This document shows, in pieces, positions 49,541 to 59,093 of a DNA stretch of 64,000 bases (positions within the stretch are counted from its first letter, which is position 1; each line of letters starts with the position of its first letter). The notes under the pieces are model-generated. The model did no database searches and had not been told where the DNA came from. It saw only the letters and a program-made list of their open reading frames with translations. Source of the DNA: Candidatus Iainarchaeum sp. (GTDB taxonomy: Archaea; Iainarchaeota; Iainarchaeia; Iainarchaeales; UBA10219); assembly GCA_018304425.1 (NCBI GenBank), contig JAGVWE010000004.1:96001-160000 (forward strand), given 5' to 3'. The position numbers were made by a program, and so were the translations under genes.

Positions 49541-50767
49541 TCACCCCATGAATTGCTTGGCCTTGTGCAGGACTTCGGCCATCAACTTGATTTCGTCCGG
49601 CGTGTTGTAAACGTAGAAACTCGCGCGCGCCGTGCCCTTGATTCCCAGTTCGCGCATGAGGGGCTGCCCGCAGTGGTCCCCGCTCCGAACCGCTATCCCG
49701 TACCGGTCGAGGATGCTGGCCACGTCATGGGGGTGGATGCCTTTCAGGTTGAAGGAAACGACCCCGGAACGCTTCTCGATTTCGTCGGGGCCGTACACGG
49801 TCACGCCCTCGCTTTCATGCAGGGCCCTCAACGCAACCGCCATCACCTTCTTTTCGTGCTCGCGCACGTTCTCCATGCCGAGCTTCTGCAGGTAGTCAAT
49901 CGCGGCACTCAACCCGATGCCTTCCGCGATGTTGGGGGTGCCGGCTTCGAACCGCCAGGGCAGCTTGTTGAACACCGTGTGATCCAAAAAAACCTCGGCA
50001 ATCATGTCGCCCCCGTAGAGGAACGGCTCCATGCGCTCCAGGAGGTCTTTCTTCGCGTACAAGGCCCCGATTCCGGTCGGGCCCAGCATCTTGTGGGCCG
50101 AGAACACGAAAAAGTCGGCATCCATGTTCCGGACGTCCACCGGCATGTGGGGCGTTGACTGGGCGCCGTCAACCAAGACCAAGGCATCGAACTCGTGCGC
50201 GACCTTGATGAGGTGCTCGGCCGGGTTGATGGTGCCCAAAACGTTCGAGCAGTTCGTGAACGCGACCAGCTTCGTCTTCTTCGACAGCTTCTTCTCGAAA
50301 TCCTCGGTGTCCAGGGTTCCATTCGAGCGCACGTTCGCAAAGTTCACCTTCAGCCCGTGCGCCAGGGCCAGCTGCTGCCAGGGCACGAGGTTCGAGTGGT
50401 GCTCCATCTTGGTCAAGAGAATCTCGTCGCCTGCCTTCAACTGCTTCTTGAGCAAGCTGTAGGCCACCAGGTTGATGGCCTCCGTCGCGTTCTTGGTGAA
50501 CACCATTTCATCCCAGGACTTGGCGCCCACGAATTTGGCGGCCTTTTCATGCGCCTGCTCCCAGGCATTGGAGGCCTCGGCGCTCAGGGAATGCACCGCG
50601 CGGTGCACGTTGGCATTGTAATTCCGGTAATAATCGTTCATGGCCTCGATGACCTGCCGTGGCTTCTGCGTCGTCGCGGCATTGTCGAAGTAGACGAGGG
50701 GCTTGCCGTGCACCTTTCGCTCGAGGATGGGGAAGTCTTCCCTGATTTTTTGTGCGTTCAGGCTCAT
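49541..50767 (-). CDS. sufS: Cysteine desulfurase SufS
   Basis: YFDNAATTQKP, EHHSN, DGAQ, SAHKM.GP.G, RSG.HC. Confidence 0.96.
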   Translation of the reverse strand: MSLNAQKIREDFPILERKVHGKPLVYFDNAATTQKPRQVIEAMNDYYRNYNANVHRAVHSLSAEASNAWEQAHEKAAKFVGAKSWDEMVFTKNATEAINLVAYSLLKKQLKAGDEILLTKMEHHSNLVPWQQLALAHGLKVNFANVRSNGTLDTEDFEKKLSKKTKLVAFTNCSNVLGTINPAEHLIKVAHEFDALVLVDGAQSTPHMPVDVRNMDADFFVFSAHKMLGPTGIGALYAKKDLLERMEPFLYGGDMIAEVFLDHTVFNKLPWRFEAGTPNIAEGIGLSAAIDYLQKLGMENVREHEKKVMAVALRALHESEGVTVYGPDEIEKRSGVVSFNLKGIHPHDVASILDRYGIAVRSGDHCGQPLMRELGIKGTARASFYVYNTPDEIKLMAEVLHKAKQFMG

Positions 50768-51891
50768 GCGTGTCCAGCTCCTGCCCTGGTTTCGCCCCAC
50801 TTGCGCCTGAGTTCCACGGCCAGGGGCTCGTGAAAGGCGGGGGGCATGCGATGTAACAAGCTTTCCAGGAACCCCATTATAATCATTTCCTGTGCTTCCC
50901 CAGCCGGCAGGCCCCGGCTCATCAGGTAAAACAGGGGCTCTTCCTCGATGTGCCTCACCGAGGCCGAGTGCTTGGCTTTCACGTCGTCGGCCTCGATTTC
51001 GAGGCCCGGCACGTTGCGGCTCTTGGCTTCCCGGCTCAGCAGCAGGCTGTGGGCTTCGAGCAGGGACTCCGTCTTCTGGCCGCCGGGCAGGATTCGGACC
51101 ATGCCATCGAAGTTGGCCTGGCTGTGGCCGTTCAGCACGTTCTTCATGGAACTATAGGCTTGGGTGTGCTCTCCGCTGTGCACGGTCAGCAGGCGGACGT
51201 CGGCTTTCTGCCGGCCAGCCAGCAGCATCGCATCCAATTGCTCGGCGGAGCTGCCGCGGCCGTTCAACGCCAGGCACAGGCTGCCCTTCACGTTCTCGCC
51301 TTCCACCCACAAGTTCAGTCCCCTGAATTTTGCGTCCCTGGCCAGGATCTGCTGCTGGCACACGCCATTCCAGCCCCCAGCCAAATGGATGCGCGCGCAG
51401 GAAACCCCCGCGCCGGCGCCCAACACGACCGTCTCCGCAAGCAACCCGTTCCCGCCCTTCACGCGTTCCAGCACCTTGGCGCTCGCGCCGGCCACGGCCA
51501 GCACGATTACCTTGGCGGCCGCGTGCTCGCCCAATTCAACCGTCCACGAAACCGTTTCAGCCGGTGCGCCCTCGATTACCACGACAAAGCAGTCCGCAAA
51601 CGCGGCGTTTGCCCGCGCTTCCATGGCGTCATGGGGGGCCTGCTCCGATTCCAGGGCCTGCCTGATTTGTTCGCCGTAGGCCGGCAACGCCTCATCGAAG
51701 CCCAGCACGCGCGCGCCCCTCACTTCGGCGATGCGCGTCGCACCCCCGGCGGGCGCGAAGGCGGTCAGCCATTCCTTCCACTTCCTCTCGTCGGAGGACA
51801 AGCGGTAGGGCCAGGGCCAGGCCTCGAAAACCTGCCTGTTTTTCTCCCGGTAGGCTGAGAGCCAGCCGGGTTGCGTGCCAACAGTAGCCAT
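50764..51891 (-). CDS. sufD: Fe-S assembly protein SufD
   Basis: PGLEI.ADDVKA.H, LFYLMSRG; start 51891 or 51912. Confidence 0.9.
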   Translation of the reverse strand: MATVGTQPGWLSAYREKNRQVFEAWPWPYRLSSDERKWKEWLTAFAPAGGATRIAEVRGARVLGFDEALPAYGEQIRQALESEQAPHDAMEARANAAFADCFVVVIEGAPAETVSWTVELGEHAAAKVIVLAVAGASAKVLERVKGGNGLLAETVVLGAGAGVSCARIHLAGGWNGVCQQQILARDAKFRGLNLWVEGENVKGSLCLALNGRGSSAEQLDAMLLAGRQKADVRLLTVHSGEHTQAYSSMKNVLNGHSQANFDGMVRILPGGQKTESLLEAHSLLLSREAKSRNVPGLEIEADDVKAKHSASVRHIEEEPLFYLMSRGLPAGEAQEMIIMGFLESLLHRMPPAFHEPLAVELRRKWGETRAGAGHA

Positions 51892-51916
51892 GCCTTTCCC
51901 TTCCGGTTCCATTGGC

Positions 51917-54493
51917 TCAGCCGACGGAGTTCTCCATCTCCAATTCAATCAGGCGGTTCAGTTCCACGGCGTACTCCATGGGGAGGCTGCGCGTGAACTC
52001 GCGGATGAAGCCCATGACGATCATGGTGCGCGCTTCCTCTTCCTTGAGGCCGCGGGACATCAAGTAGAATATCTGGTCTTCGCCGATTTTGCCCACCGTG
52101 GCCTCGTGCCCGATGTCCGCAGTCGGCTCGTCGACTTCGATGGTTGGATAGGTGTCGCTCCTGGATGCGGGGTCAAGCATGAGGGCATCGCATTGCACGT
52201 GGCTGGTGACGTTCTTGGCGCCCTTGAAGACCTTCAACAGGCCCCGGTAGGTCGCGCGGCCGCCGTCCTTGCTCACGCTCTTGCTGGTAATCGTGCTCGT
52301 GGTATTGGAAGCCAGGTGCACGACCTTTCCGCCCGCGTCCTGGCGTTGTCCCTTGGAGGCCAGGGCCACGCTCAAAATCTCGGCCTTGGCGCCTTCTTCC
52401 ATGAGGTAAACGGAAGGGTATTTCTGGGTGACCTTGCTGCCCAGGTTCCCGTCCACCCATTCGACTGTAGCATTCCGGTAGGCAAAAGCTCGCTTGGTGA
52501 CCAGGTTGTAGATGTTGTTGGCCCAGTTCTGGATGGTCGTGTATCGGATGGTCGCGCCCGGCCTCGCGATGAGTTCGACGACCGCGGAGTGCAAACTTTC
52601 ACTACTGTACTTTGGGGCAGTGCAATTGTGTACGGCCACGCCGCCAGCCACGTAGCTTTCGTCCTTCTCCACGCTGAAATTGTAAACGGAGACCTTTTCG
52701 ACTTCCCTGGCCGAGACGCTTTTGATGGGCACAAACGCATACTCTTTGCTGATGTGCGCGTAGGACTTGGCGTTGACTTCCTTGACCGCCTGCCAGGCGC
52801 TCTGCTTTCCCACTGCGACCTCGTTGGCCACCACGGTGTCCACGATTTCCGCGAACTTCGGCAAAAAGCCTCCGCCGACGTGTACGCAGTAAATGTTCCG
52901 CCGCTTGCCGCTGCGTTTGTGTTCGTTGAGTCCGGCGAAAATGTCCAACCGCAACAGCAGGCCCTGCAACTGCTTAGCCAGCGTCTTCGAGATGGTGTTC
53001 ATGCGGAACAGGCGCTTGACGCCCCACCCGTACTGCTTGAGCATGAAGCTTCCATCGCCCCTCCAGAAGCCTTTGACCAACTCCATCTGCTTCGCCGGAG
53101 CCTCGCGCATGGCCCAAGCCGGCGCGTGCTTGCCCGCGGCGCCTTTCCCGCATTCGCGTTCGAAGAACCTCGCCGCCATGGTCGAACACAGCACCAGCGA
53201 GATACCATTCTTGTATTCCTTGTATTGCAGTGGCGCCTTGTGGAAGTATTTGACCAGTAGCCGCTTGGTGTCCTCAATATATTCCGTCTCGTTCTTGTTG
53301 AAGGTGAATGCGAGGTAGTGGCTGCCCATCGTGTTGCCTTCGGACAGATAATAGCCCAGTAGTCGGAAGAAGTCCGCGTCGGTTTCAAGCGTGAGTGTTT
53401 CTTCCTTGAAACCGTGCCCGCCTTTTCCCATTGGGACCATGAATTCCCGCACGCTTTTTTCTTCGGTCTGCCGGTCAATCGGGATGGCCAGGTAATCCCC
53501 CGGCAGGAGCGCGTTTGCCGGCTGCCAGCCAGGTTCCCAGGCAGTATTCTTGTATTCTGCTTTTTGCCGCTTGACCACCAGGAACGGGTGTTCTTCCGTG
53601 GCTTCAATTTTCTCAGAGCTGTCGCCAAAGTATTCAATCGTGAAAAGGTTGCCTGTGTAGGGCCGTACCTGGGTTTGATAAACGTCCTTGTATTCGCCTG
53701 CATGCGTCAGCACCTTCTCGCCCACTCGAACCTCTTCAATGGGCTTGTGCCCGTTTTCAGTCACAATTTCCGTGCCTGCGGTAAAGCAGCCCTCTATGTA
53801 CGTCACCTTTGCGCCCTCGTCCGCGATGATAAGCGTCCGCTCGAACTGCCCCATGTTCTCGGCGTTGATGCGGAAGTAGGCCTGCAGGGGAACCTCGACC
53901 TTCGTGTTCTTCGGCACGTAGACGAAGCTGCCCCCGCTCCACACCGCGGTGTTCAGGGCCGCGAACTTGTTGTCGTCGAAGGGGATAACGGTGTTGAAGT
54001 ATTCCTTGACGAGCTCCGGGTACTGCTTGAGGCCCTCGTCCATGCTCAGGAAGACCACGCCCAGTTTTTCGAGGTCCTTGCGTATGTTGTGGTAGATTAC
54101 TTCCGAGTCGAACTGCGCGCCCACCCCGCCCAGGAACTTCTTCTCGGCTTCCGGGATGCCGAGCTTGTCGAAAGTGTTCTTGATGTAGTCGGGCACGTCC
54201 TTCCAGTCGGTCTTGTTCTTTCCCGCGCTCATGTAGTAAATGATGTCGTCGAAGTTGATGGCGGAGAGGTCGGGGCCCCACTTGGGGAGGGGCTTCTCCT
54301 GGAACGCTTGGAGGGCCTTTAAACGCAGGTCCAGCATCCATTCCGGTTCATTCTTGATGTGCGAGATTTCCCGAACGGTTTTCTCGTTCAAGCCCTTGTC
54401 CAGGATGATTTCGTACTTCTTGGTGTCCGAGCGGAAGTCGTACTTCGAGTAGTCGAAGGTCGTAAGCGCGCGTTCCTTGGTCTTGGGCGTCAT
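51917..54493 (-). CDS. sufB: Fe-S assembly protein SufB precursor containing an intein
   Basis: GQFERTLI, YIEG|intein|CTAP, HEATV, YLMSRG; 470 aa after splicing. Confidence 0.96.
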   Translation of the reverse strand: MTPKTKERALTTFDYSKYDFRSDTKKYEIILDKGLNEKTVREISHIKNEPEWMLDLRLKALQAFQEKPLPKWGPDLSAINFDDIIYYMSAGKNKTDWKDVPDYIKNTFDKLGIPEAEKKFLGGVGAQFDSEVIYHNIRKDLEKLGVVFLSMDEGLKQYPELVKEYFNTVIPFDDNKFAALNTAVWSGGSFVYVPKNTKVEVPLQAYFRINAENMGQFERTLIIADEGAKVTYIEGCFTAGTEIVTENGHKPIEEVRVGEKVLTHAGEYKDVYQTQVRPYTGNLFTIEYFGDSSEKIEATEEHPFLVVKRQKAEYKNTAWEPGWQPANALLPGDYLAIPIDRQTEEKSVREFMVPMGKGGHGFKEETLTLETDADFFRLLGYYLSEGNTMGSHYLAFTFNKNETEYIEDTKRLLVKYFHKAPLQYKEYKNGISLVLCSTMAARFFERECGKGAAGKHAPAWAMREAPAKQMELVKGFWRGDGSFMLKQYGWGVKRLFRMNTISKTLAKQLQGLLLRLDIFAGLNEHKRSGKRRNIYCVHVGGGFLPKFAEIVDTVVANEVAVGKQSAWQAVKEVNAKSYAHISKEYAFVPIKSVSAREVEKVSVYNFSVEKDESYVAGGVAVHNCTAPKYSSESLHSAVVELIARPGATIRYTTIQNWANNIYNLVTKRAFAYRNATVEWVDGNLGSKVTQKYPSVYLMEEGAKAEILSVALASKGQRQDAGGKVVHLASNTTSTITSKSVSKDGGRATYRGLLKVFKGAKNVTSHVQCDALMLDPASRSDTYPTIEVDEPTADIGHEATVGKIGEDQIFYLMSRGLKEEEARTMIVMGFIREFTRSLPMEYAVELNRLIELEMENSVG
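52625..53788 (-). mobile_element. Intein (388 aa) with LAGLIDADG endonuclease in SufB
   Basis: CFTAG start, TEEHP, LLGYYLSEG and LVKGFWRGDG, VYNFSV, terminal HN followed by Cys+1. Confidence 0.95.
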
Positions 54494-55275
54494 TGCCTCG
54501 CCTCCACGGCCACTTCAGGGGAAAGCGGCTTGTCCTCGGTGATCCAGGCATAGCCCTTGGCCTCCAACTGGTCGGCGAAGCCCGCGTCCCCGGAAGCAAC
54601 TATTTTGCCGTCCACGAGCACGTGCACGCGGTCGGGTTTGAGGTAGCTCAAAATGCGCTTGTAGTGGGTGATGACCAGGGCGCTGGACTCCGGCGTGCGC
54701 AAGCCGTTGACGGTCTCGGCCACCAGCTTGAGGCTGTCGATGTCGAGGCCGGAATCGGTTTCGTCGAGAATCGCCAGGACGGGTTCGAGCATCATGAGTT
54801 GCAGGATTTCGGCGCGCTTTTTTTCGCCGCCGGAAAACCCGACGTTGAGTTCGCGTTTGACGAGTTCGTCTTTCATTCCAAGCTGCTTGGCTTTCCCGGA
54901 AAGCCTGCGGCTGAATTCCAGGATGCCCTCATTCTTGCCTGGAAACCGCGCCTTGTGGGCCGCGTGCAGGAACCGGATGAATGGAAGACCCTGGATTTCA
55001 AAGGGATACTGGAAGCTGAGGAACAACCCTGCCTTGGCGCGCTGGTCCGGCGGGAGTTCGGCCAGGTTCCTGCCCTTGAACAAAATGGTTCCCTGCGTGA
55101 CCTCGTACTTGGGGTGGCCCATGAGGACATTGCTGAGCGTGCTCTTGCCGGCGCCATTCGGCCCCATGATGGCGTGCACCTCTCCGGGCAGGATGGTAAG
55201 CGAGAGGCCCTTCAAAATCTCTTTTCCGGCCACGGTGGCGTGGAGGTTCTTTATTTCAAGCAAAGGCGTTTGCAT
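54490..55275 (-). CDS. sufC: Fe-S assembly ATPase SufC
   Basis: GPNGAGKST, FQYP, FSGGEKKR, LDETDSGLD. Confidence 0.96.
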   Translation of the reverse strand: MQTPLLEIKNLHATVAGKEILKGLSLTILPGEVHAIMGPNGAGKSTLSNVLMGHPKYEVTQGTILFKGRNLAELPPDQRAKAGLFLSFQYPFEIQGLPFIRFLHAAHKARFPGKNEGILEFSRRLSGKAKQLGMKDELVKRELNVGFSGGEKKRAEILQLMMLEPVLAILDETDSGLDIDSLKLVAETVNGLRTPESSALVITHYKRILSYLKPDRVHVLVDGKIVASGDAGFADQLEAKGYAWITEDKPLSPEVAVEARQ

Positions 55276-55283
55276 GCATTCAC

Positions 55284-55613
55284 CTACTTGCAGTCCAGCC
55301 GCTTGCACTCGTTCTGGCAGCAATGCGTTACGTGCTGGTTCATGATCTGGATGACGGACAACCCGGACTGGTTGTCGTGGCTGTGCGGCATCTCGCGGAG
55401 GGAGTAAATCCGTTGCTTGCCCTTCTTTTCCGCGTTGACGTAGTTGCAGGCGCGCAGGATTTCCAATGAATGGCTGACCCGGCTCTGCTCGGCCGCCAAG
55501 GCCCGTGCAATCTCGGACACCGGCTTCGGCCCCTCTTTCAGGGTCTCCAAAATCTGCAGCCGCAAGTCGTTGGCCAGGGTCTCAAAGCAGAGCTTGTATG
55601 GCACGGCATTCAT
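55284..55613 (-). CDS. ArsR/SmtB family regulator with His/Cys-rich tail
   Basis: LA...R..IL..L, SRVSH.L..L; tail HVTHCCQNEC. Confidence 0.88.
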   Translation of the reverse strand: MNAVPYKLCFETLANDLRLQILETLKEGPKPVSEIARALAAEQSRVSHSLEILRACNYVNAEKKGKQRIYSLREMPHSHDNQSGLSVIQIMNQHVTHCCQNECKRLDCK

Positions 55614-55645
55614 ATGAAATATAGTTCATGCATCAACTATTTAAG
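55612..55645 (-). promoter_or_regulatory. TATA box plus ArsR/SmtB-type operator
   Basis: ATGAA-N6-TTCAT (55614-55629) and ATAGTT-N8-AACTAT (55621-55640) between TTAAATA and the ATG. Confidence 0.6.
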
Positions 55646-55695
55646 GTTTTTGGGTCAGAAGCCGAAGTAAAGGCCTTAAAAGGCGTTTCCAGGCC

Positions 55696-56889
55696 TTACC
55701 ACCCATAGTACTTGGCCGAGCTGTACTTGAAGGCGTGGAACACTCGCAGGACGCCTTTCCGCACCAGGTTGTGGTTGCCGACCAACAGTTTCAAGGCGAT
55801 GCCGAGCTTTTGCCAGGCCGTCATGCCCAGCAAGTCCTTCGGCAGGAGATGCGCCATTTGATTCAATTCAGGGTCCGTGAATGCATACATGGCTTCCTTG
55901 CCTTCCACGATTTTGGGGTAGGGCGGAAACTCGGCCTTCCATTTCCGCTCGTACTCGGACAAGGCTTTCGCGTTCCAGTCCCCGCCATGAATGGCTTTCG
56001 CCGCGGTCTCGGCCGCGAGCTTCCCCGACACGATGCCCAGGTGCGTGCCGCCCTCGAACAAGGGGCTCGTGAACCCCGCCGCATCCCCCACCAACAACAA
56101 GCCGTCCGCAAACGTTTTCTCCACTGGCCCCGAAGCCGGAATCGGGCCGCCAAAGGTTTTCTTCACCACTTTTTTCTCCCAACCCATCTGCTTGACGAAC
56201 TCGTCCAAGTACGCTTTGGCCTTGTTCTTTTCCGTGGTCACCAGTCCCACGTTGGCGCGGCCCGCGCACTTGGGAATCATCCAAAGATAACCCTCCGGCG
56301 CCAGCTTGGGCCAGAGGTAGAAGTCCAGCCAGCCCTCCTGGGGGATGTCCATCATCTCATACTGGATGCCGATGACGAGGTCAAACCGTTTGTTCAACCC
56401 CAGCTTTGAACTGCTCAACGCCTGGGGGCCGGTCGCGTCAACCACCACCTTTGCCGAAAAACTTTTCTCTCCACAGGCCACGCGCCAGAGTTTGCCTGCC
56501 CCCGTAAGGGGGCCCACGCGCTGCAAGTCGGTTACCCGGTGTCCCAGCTTTACTTCCGCGCCCGCCTTTTGCGCCTCGGCCGAAATCCATTGCTCGAACT
56601 TGTGCTTTTCGAGGACGTAGCCCTTTTCCTCGACAAGGCTCGCGGTGCCATCCGGGAAAATCACGCGCACGCCCTTGACGTCCAGGGAAACGGCTTCCGC
56701 CGGCAACGGCATGCCCAGCTTCGCCACGCAGGCCTCGGACAGGCATTCCCCGCAGTGCACGGGCTCGCCGGTCGTCAGGTGCTCTTCGAGCACCAGCGTC
56801 TTCAAGCCCGCACGCGCCGAATGAAGCGCGGCACTGCCGCCCGCCGGCCCTGCTCCAATGACGATGACGTCATACCTTGGTTCGGTCAT
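55696..56889 (-). CDS. Geranylgeranyl reductase family flavoprotein
   Basis: GAGPAG, P.HCGE, GY.W..PK, VGDAAG..SP...GG. Confidence 0.9.
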   Translation of the reverse strand: MTEPRYDVIVIGAGPAGGSAALHSARAGLKTLVLEEHLTTGEPVHCGECLSEACVAKLGMPLPAEAVSLDVKGVRVIFPDGTASLVEEKGYVLEKHKFEQWISAEAQKAGAEVKLGHRVTDLQRVGPLTGAGKLWRVACGEKSFSAKVVVDATGPQALSSSKLGLNKRFDLVIGIQYEMMDIPQEGWLDFYLWPKLAPEGYLWMIPKCAGRANVGLVTTEKNKAKAYLDEFVKQMGWEKKVVKKTFGGPIPASGPVEKTFADGLLLVGDAAGFTSPLFEGGTHLGIVSGKLAAETAAKAIHGGDWNAKALSEYERKWKAEFPPYPKIVEGKEAMYAFTDPELNQMAHLLPKDLLGMTAWQKLGIALKLLVGNHNLVRKGVLRVFHAFKYSSAKYYGW

Positions 56890-56897
56890 GGCTCCCC

Positions 56898-57053
56898 TCA
56901 CAGCAACGGATAAATGAAGGCCGAAATCACGGAACTCTGCGCCAACAACACCAACGCCCCCACGATGATCAGGAGGATGAATAACGGCAGCAGCCACCAG
57001 GCCTTGCGCTCCCAGAGGAAGGCGGCCACGTCCTTCAACAGTTCAAACGCCAT
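56898..57053 (-). CDS. DUF5989/SxtK-like small membrane protein (51 aa, absent from the ORF track)
   Basis: MAFELLKDVAAFLWERKAWWLLP..hydrophobic..SAFIYPLL. Confidence 0.85.
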   Translation of the reverse strand: MAFELLKDVAAFLWERKAWWLLPLFILLIIVGALVLLAQSSVISAFIYPLL

Positions 57054-58771
57054 GGGTTCACCAGTTTGTCGCGGTCAACTCCACTAATGTCCTTCTTATC
57101 GATTATAAACCTATCCATGACGAGGAAGTCGATGCCGGTTCCCGCAAAGCACTTGAAGGCGTCATGCGGCGAGCAGACGATGGGCTCGCCTTTGACGTTG
57201 AAGCTCGTGTTGATGACCACGGGAACACCCGTCAGCTTCTTGAATTCCCTGATGAGGGCGTGGAACAAGGGGTTTATTTTCCGGTCCACGGTCTGCAGCC
57301 TGGCCGTGCCATCGATGTGGGTGATGGAGGGCAGCAGCTTCTGCTTGCCTTTCTTGACGTCGCACACCAGCACCATGAAGGGGTCAGGCTGCCGGATTTC
57401 AAAGTAGTCCCGCGCCTCTTCAAGCAGTGCGGCGGGCGCGAAGGGCCGGAAGTCCTCGCGGTGCTTGACCCTCGAATTCAGGATATCCTTCATGTCGGGG
57501 TGCATGGCGTTCGCGAGAATGCTCCTGCACCCCAGCGCGCGCGGCCCCCACTCCATTCTCCCCTGGAACCAGCCCACGATGTGGTTGGCCTGGATTAGCC
57601 TTGCGGTTTCCCCGAGCATGCCGTCCACGCTCAGCTCCCGGTGCCGGATGCGGTTGGCCTCCAGGTAGGCCCGGATTTCCTCCGGCGAATACCCGGGGCC
57701 CAGGTACGGCTTTTCGAGGACGAAAGAACGCGGTCGGCCGAGCACGTGGTGGTACGCGTGAAAGGCCACGCCCATCGAGCCCCCGGAATCCCCTGCAGCC
57801 GGCTGCACGTACAACTCGTCGAACCCGGCTTCCTTCAGGATCCTGGCATTGGCCACGCAGTTCAAGGCAACCCCGCCCGCCATGCAGAGCTTCTTCAGCC
57901 CTGTTTCCTTTTGCACGTGCCGGGCCAGGGCCACCATGGATTCTTCCAGGATTTGCTGCAACGAGCACGCCAAGTCTATGTGGTGTTGTTCGACTCTTTC
58001 CCCGGGCTTCCGCGGCCTGCCGAACTCGCGCTCGAACCGCGCCGAGAACATCCGCTCCAGGCTCATGAAGTCAAAGTAGTCCAGGTTGTTCTCGTAACTG
58101 CCGTCAGGAAAAGACCGGAAGACTTGCTTCATTTTCTCGTAGTACACGGGCTTGCCGTAGCCGGCCAAGCCCATGACCTTGTACTCGTCGGAGTTGACCT
58201 TGAAGCCAAGATAACCCGTGACCATGCTGTAAAACAGGCCCAGGCTATGGGGAAACCGCATTTCCTTCCACAACTCCATCTGGTTGCCCCTGCCCACGCC
58301 ATACGCGGCCGTCGTCCACTCCCCCACCCCGTCCACGGTCAGGATAGCTGCCTCCTGGAAGGGCGAGGGGAAGAAAGCCGAAGCCGCATGGCTCTCGTGG
58401 TGGCGGATGAACACCATTCGGCCCTTCCAGCCCAGCTTCTTGCGCACGGTTTCCGGGATGCGCAGCTTTTCCGTCAGCCAGCTCGGCATCATGGCCAGGA
58501 AAACCGGCAGCGAGCGCGGAAAATAGTGGAGGAACGAGAACAGCACGCGCTCGAACTTCAGCAGCGGCTTCTCGTAGAAGCCGACGCAGTCCACGTCCTT
58601 CATGGTGATGCCGGCCTGCCGCAGGCAATAGCCGATGGCGTGCACGGGAAAGTCATCGTCGTGTTTTTTCCGCGTGAACCGCTCCTCGTCCGCGGCCGCC
58701 ACGACTTCGCCGTCCTTCAACAAGGTAGCGGAAGCGTCATGGTAATGGCACGAAATGCCCAGCACGTACAT
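57035..58771 (-). CDS. O-carbamoyltransferase (NodU/CmcH/SxtI family)
   Basis: HDASA, EERFTRKKH, HH.SHA, DGVGE, EYKVMGL, GPRALG.RS, RPFAP, NTSFN. Confidence 0.95.
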   Translation of the reverse strand: MYVLGISCHYHDASATLLKDGEVVAAADEERFTRKKHDDDFPVHAIGYCLRQAGITMKDVDCVGFYEKPLLKFERVLFSFLHYFPRSLPVFLAMMPSWLTEKLRIPETVRKKLGWKGRMVFIRHHESHAASAFFPSPFQEAAILTVDGVGEWTTAAYGVGRGNQMELWKEMRFPHSLGLFYSMVTGYLGFKVNSDEYKVMGLAGYGKPVYYEKMKQVFRSFPDGSYENNLDYFDFMSLERMFSARFEREFGRPRKPGERVEQHHIDLACSLQQILEESMVALARHVQKETGLKKLCMAGGVALNCVANARILKEAGFDELYVQPAAGDSGGSMGVAFHAYHHVLGRPRSFVLEKPYLGPGYSPEEIRAYLEANRIRHRELSVDGMLGETARLIQANHIVGWFQGRMEWGPRALGCRSILANAMHPDMKDILNSRVKHREDFRPFAPAALLEEARDYFEIRQPDPFMVLVCDVKKGKQKLLPSITHIDGTARLQTVDRKINPLFHALIREFKKLTGVPVVINTSFNVKGEPIVCSPHDAFKCFAGTGIDFLVMDRFIIDKKDISGVDRDKLVNPWRLNC

Positions 58772-58783
58772 CCATTCACCTGG

Positions 58784-59053
58784 TTAAAACTGCCTGTAAA
58801 AACTCTTCTCCGACTTTACTTTCTCGAACGCGATCCAGCGGCTCCTTCGGTCAACGCCCTTTCCGAAGCCCAGGTCGACCTTGAACAGCCGGGCAAACAG
58901 CCAGGTGGGTGCGATGCCCACCACGTACACCGCGAACAACAACACGGTGTTCACCACGGTGATGAACGCGAACCGGATGAATTCCGCGAGTTCCTGGATG
59001 GGTTTCGGCACCACCTTCTTCAAGAACCCTGAAACGCTGTCCAATGCCTGCAT
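58784..59053 (-). CDS. SxtJ-like membrane protein
   Basis: TM VNTVLL..VY...I.P, S.W, C-terminal QF; adjacent to carbamoyltransferase. Confidence 0.72.
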   Translation of the reverse strand: MQALDSVSGFLKKVVPKPIQELAEFIRFAFITVVNTVLLFAVYVVGIAPTWLFARLFKVDLGFGKGVDRRSRWIAFEKVKSEKSFYRQF

Positions 59054-59093
59054 GCTGACACCAATCTGCATCCATTCAATTCCGTAACCGTTT

